Shown here: piece after piece, positions 59,901 to 64,000 of the stretch
Numbering within the stretch: the first letter of the stretch is position 1
Layout: every line of letters begins with the position of its first letter
The notes under the pieces: model-generated
The model's input: only the letters and a program-made list of their open reading frames with translations
Databases searched by the model: none
Told to the model about the DNA's origin: nothing
Program-made: the position numbers and the translations under genes
Assembly (NCBI RefSeq): GCF_902459465.1
Contig: NC_047066.1
Span: 20,026,001 to 20,090,000, forward strand
From: Asterias rubens
Taxonomy: Eukaryota
Reading direction: 5' to 3'
Length of the DNA stretch: 64,000 nucleotides

Positions 59901-61832
59901 TACAAGATAATAATAAAAGAAAAAAACACCTTGTCACATGAAGTTGTGTGCTTTCAGGTGCTTGATTTAGAGACCTCAAATGCTAAATCTGGGGTCTTGA
60001 AATCAAATTCGAGGAAAATTACTTCTTTCTCGAAAACTACGTCACTTTAGAGGGAGCCGTTTCTCTTAATGTGTTATACTTTTAACAGCTCCCTGTTACT
60101 CGTTACCAAGTAAGGTTTTATGCTAACAATTATTTTTAGTAATTACCAATAGTGTCCACTACCTTAAAGGAGACCCTGTCTTCAAGATGCTGAAATGTTT
60201 CATGTATACTCTTTTCTGTTCTGTAGCTGTTGAAAGGGATGCCTCGAATATCTTCACCCGGTATCTATGCAAGAATGCTATGTTGCCCGTTGGAATCACA
60301 GATGAAATCAGAATAGAAGTCATTGGTAAAGTACATCTTTTCCTAATATCTCTAACCACCACAAGCTATCAAAAGCCAGCTGCATGTTTCGTCTGATTCT
60401 GTTGGACTGAGTATTACCGAGTTTGTTAGAGCGTGTGTTTGCGTCCCGTTCATTTAACTTGTGTTGATTAGCAAGACACACACGGTATTATAACAGACCC
60501 ATCCGAAAAATATTCCCATTTGATTGTAATGTAAACTGTTGTATTGTATTGCAGCAAAAATGTGTCCGCAAGAGGGATGGCTAAACCCTGACTGTTTCAA
60601 AGTGGCACAAAATTACGTCTTTGAATCCATGGAAACACAGTGAGTATTGAAATGATTTCCAATAAACAGTCACTTTTACATAATAACTTTAGTTTCAGCC
60701 ATGATGCCGACATTAATTTTGTCCCAAATTTATCCTCTGGCCCAATGTTCATGAAGCTAAAATAACTCGGTTAAGCTTTTTTCAACAATCAACAGAATTA
60801 CATTTATCGGACTGATAGCCAACATTTGAGCACAAACACAAGTGCCATATGTGTCTAGTCATGAGTTTACTGGCCTGATGCTAAAATCACTAATGGCCTT
60901 GGGCCTGCGCTCTAGTGTAAAATTCAGGCCCCTGCATAGGGAGAAATTATAGTTGATTGGTATGTTTTCTTGTGCAGTTTTTTCCAGCGGTTTCTCAGGA
61001 GTGAGTTCCACTGTAAATATCAGATTGATGTCTTAACGACTGGTAAGGCGTACCTCGCTGATATACTGTACAATGACACAGCAACCTTCTACTTCATGGA
61101 GGTATGTAAAAAACTCAGTAAAAAGATGTCTGAAATAAAAAGTATCTGATACCCTAGTTGCTGCTTCCCAGGTTGTATCATAAACTTGCATGTGATCCCT
61201 GGCTACATGACAGTTAACAGTTGTATGGCTTCTGACTGGCACCCCGAACAAAGATATTGACTGAATAGGGACGGCCAACATAGGGCTAGATATATAGCTC
61301 AGTTGGTTTAGCACAGGCATGTATAAGATTGCAAGTTCAATCCCTGCTTTAGCAAATGTTTCTTTGTTCAATGCAAAATTATTTAGAATTCATGCAGTCA
61401 GTTTCCCTTATGGTTTATTACTTGGTATATGTTAAAGCTTTTAATAAACCTCGATAAATATTGAGATAATTGAACTCGATAAAATACTCCTACTTTTTCC
61501 CCAAGAACAAATTATCATGCCTGATGATGTTGTTTTTCTATTGTTTCAATGTTTTTTTTTACCTCTAAGATGGCAGCATGATGACTTAAATGCAAAATGT
61601 CCATAATTTATGCAGTGTTCCGATCTTATTTTCATGTTATCATACATGATGTGTAGGTTAAAGTGAATGGGTATTCGGTTTCATCTTTGTCTTAGTACAT
61701 GGAACAGGAGGGTGCAGTGCATCTATTACAGTTCTGGATAGCAGCGGAGAACTTTCAGAAACATCTCCTATCTCAGCAGGGGCAGTATGATAGTGCAGAA
61801 GCACAGAGTGATGCCATGGTGCTATATGATCA
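56976..61832 (+). CDS. AKAP10: A-kinase anchor protein 10 (D-AKAP2), RGS domains; 5' part only, 7 coding exons visible
   Basis: Exons 56976-57000 (MPLFKKKS), 58128-58379, 59161-59715, 60227-60325, 60555-60639, 60978-61101, 61696-61832; phases consistent. Motifs LPEVLHDNGALPYFIQFM..HLVQFWLATESF, FLRSEFHCKYQIDVLTTGKAYLADIL, YMEQEGAVHLLQFWIAAENFQ..AQSDAMVLYD match AKAP10. The remaining exons are not in the window. Confidence 0.92.
58424..58672 (+). mobile_element. Kolobok-like TTAA MITE, truncated
   Basis: taaagaaacttgacacgtttggtaattgtc..ttacttcagagggagtc..tctcacaatgt; right end missing. Confidence 0.65.
59812..60163 (+). mobile_element. Kolobok-like TTAA MITE, left end truncated
   Basis: gaagaccagtcttctcacttggtg ... 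aattaccaatagtgtccactacc|TTAA. Confidence 0.75.
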
Positions 61833-62120
61833 GTGAGTTATCTATTACTATTGTGTATAACTCCCCAGCCCCCCTTGTGCACAGCCACAATCATTGGTAC
61901 ACCTTTTGTACAGAGACACCAAATTAACAACAGACAAATGTTGAGTAACTCAGTAAACTCCCACAAGGGGATATAAACACCAATCTGGCAATAGCCAATC
62001 TCTCTCATACAAACATTGGTTTATGAATTGCACAAATCAAACTAATTCTGATTCAGTAACTAGATGACAATACTTACATAATATACTTACATATTATGAG
62101 TTCTAGTCACTGTAAGTCAT

Positions 62121-63008
62121 CAGTTAGCTTGGTAGGATTCAAACCCACAACCTTGTGATTGCAAGTCCTGCAGTCTAACCACTGGACCACAGTTAGCTTG
62201 GTAGGATTCGAACCCACAACCTTGTGATTGCAAGTGCTGCAGTCTAACCACTGGACCACAGTTAGCTTGGTAGGATTCAAACCCACAACCTTGTGATTGC
62301 AAGTGCTGCAGTCTAACCACTGGACCACAGTTAGCTTGGTAGGATTCAAACCCACAACCTTGTGATTGCAAGTCCTGCAGTCTAACCACTGGACCACAGT
62401 TAGCTTGGTAGGATTCAAACCCACAACCTTGTGATTGCAAGTCCTGCAGTCTAGCCACTGGACCACAGTTAGCTTGGTAGGATTCAAACCCACAACCTTG
62501 TGATCGCAAGTCCTGCAGTCTAACCACTGGACCACAGTTAGCTTGGTAGGATTCAAACCCACAACCTTGTGATTGCAAGTGCTGCAGTCTAACCACTGGA
62601 CCACAGTTAGCTTGGTAGGATTCAAACCCACAACCTTGTGATTGCAAGTCCTGCAGTCTAACCACTGGACCACAGTTAGCTTGGTAGGATTCAAACCCAT
62701 AACCTTGTGATTGCAAGTCCTGTAGTCTAACCACTGGACCACAGTTAGCTTGGTAAGATTCAAACCCACAACCTTGTGATTGCAAGTCCTGCAGTCTAAC
62801 CACTGGACCACAGTTAGCTTGGTAGGATTCAAACCCACAACCTTGTGATTGCAAGTCCTGCAGTCTAACCACTGGACCACAGTTAGCTTGGTAGGATTCA
62901 AACCCACAACCTTGTGATTGCAAGTCCTGCAGTCTAACCACTGGACCACAGTTAGCTTGGTAGGATTCAAACCCACAACCTTGTGATTGCAAGTCCTGCA
63001 GTCTAACC
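62121..63008 (-). repeat. Tandem array of about 13 x 69 bp of a tRNA-like (SINE-head) module
   Basis: Minus-strand unit GTGGTCCAGTGGTTAGACTGCAGGACTTGCAATCACAAGGTTGTGGGTTTGAATCCTACCAAGCTAACT: A-box-like TGGTCCAGTGG, B-box-like GGTTTGAATCC (GGTTCGAATCC in one copy near 62205-62215), T-stem GTGGG/CCTAC. 888 bp / 69 = 12.9 units. Confidence 0.95.
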
Positions 63009-63200
63009 TAACGTCCGTCGATATATCGAAAATACTCAAAAACTCGATATTTTTTTGACATCGAAATCGCCGATGTCACTTTTATAATCATATCGTAATA
63101 TCGGATTTTCGATATATATCGAAAATTTCGATGTTTTGAAAATATTTCGATGTTCCTAAATGATATCGAAAATACCAAAAGAGTGTCCGATTATTTAAAA
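63009..63200. mobile_element. CGAT/ATCG-motif-rich segment, possible subterminal region of a DNA transposon
   Basis: About a dozen ATCG/CGAT motifs (tcgatatatcga, ttttcgatatatatcgaaaa) start abruptly at the end of the 69-bp array. No partner terminus is in the window. Confidence 0.35.
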
Positions 63201-64000
63201 GAAATCTGTGTTTGAGTATTAGAAAAGCCGTCGTCGTTATGTAGTTTCATCATTTTGAGTTGCCCTATTAAATAAAATACGTTTTACAACCAAGTATGTC
63301 TGCATGTTCTTTGTGTTTTCGCCATCAGCCGCCGGCCCGCCGCAGAAGTTCACGACCCCGCGGCGAGCGCACGATAAAACCTCAAAAGAAACCGCCGCTG
63401 CTGCCCTAGCCCATAGAGTATGCCTAGCCTATTGGCTGTTTAAGATGCAACTTCCCATTGTGCATGTGATCAAAATCAATGCGTCTTCATCACAGCATTA
63501 TTGACTTTGCAAAAATACCCCGCAAAAACTTCCCCGAATCAACAAGACAAAACAAAATAAGGAAGAAAACAATCTTACGTTATACAGTAAAATAATCTTT
63601 CTATCAATCCAAGGTATCGTAATGGCGTCATTTTGGTCAAATAAAGCCTGCACGTTGTGTTGTTTTCGGTAAACAAGCTAACATTTCCGAGGAACTATAT
63701 GCTTCGCAGACCACGCTGTCGGCGGCTATTGCGTGCGTACACCAGCGAAGACTATGCTGTTGTACGGTTTAAGCGTGCACACCAGCATGTATGGTTATTG
63801 CAATTCGGGGGGAAAACCCGTTTGCCCAAGCATGCGCAGACACATGCAGTCTTTGGTCAAGGCGGTATCGCGTGATGCACTGCGTTATTTCGACAATAGA
63901 GGGCGTTCTAGCATTCAATGTTTCTTGCCTTTGTTATAGAATGCAAAGTAAAAAGACTAAAAGCCTTTATTGGAGACTATGTGACTGCATGCTGCGTGCG

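Noticed and set aside
61270-61360. tRNA-like TAGCTCAGTTGG segment (and a reverse fragment near 36320-36380)
   Set aside because: Degenerate B-box and no cloverleaf; decayed SINE head, not a tRNA gene.
62121-63008. Possible CRISPR array or tRNA gene cluster
   Set aside because: There are no unique spacers, the context is eukaryotic, and the acceptor and anticodon stems do not pair, so the units are not functional tRNAs.
62107-63039. 310-aa and 290-aa repeat ORFs (DCRTCNHKVVGLNPTKLTVVQWL; QSQGCGFESYQANCGPVVRLQDL)
   Set aside because: Products of a 69-bp (multiple of 3) tandem repeat of a tRNA-like unit; no splice context or start; intronic in AKAP10.

Overview
This is eukaryotic (metazoan) genomic DNA, AT-rich, with GT-AG introns. 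The gene set and repeat families suggest an invertebrate deuterostome, probably an echinoderm such as a sea star (inference). Exons were reconstructed by hand with consistent splice phases. From left to right the genes are: an intronless PAN/apple + fibrinogen-domain (FReD) gene carrying a 1-nt frameshift (-); an uncharacterised Castor-like zinc-finger/coiled-coil gene (-); an 8-exon mitochondrial type-II (alternative, non-proton-pumping) NADH dehydrogenase (+); RSRC2 (-), with an intronless 506-aa coiled-coil + BEN-domain ORF nested on the same strand in intron 3; CCDC86 (+); UBE3B (-, 27 coding exons, one clipped by a 152-N gap); and the 5' part of AKAP10 (+). Six of these genes form three consecutive head-to-head pairs. 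Introns and spacers hold many non-autonomous elements: TTAA-flanked Kolobok-like MITEs, foldback MITEs with 9-bp TSDs, TA-flanked MITEs, tRNA-derived SINEs, Penelope-type hammerhead remnants, a partial-tandem tRNA-containing insertion with a 12-bp TSD, and several tandem arrays including a 13 x 69-bp satellite made of a tRNA-like module. The leading candidates for follow-up are the BEN ORF nested in RSRC2 (possible RS-BEN fusion isoform), the animal NDH-2, and the tRNA-derived tandem structures. No database searches were run; all identities come from recognition of sequence motifs.
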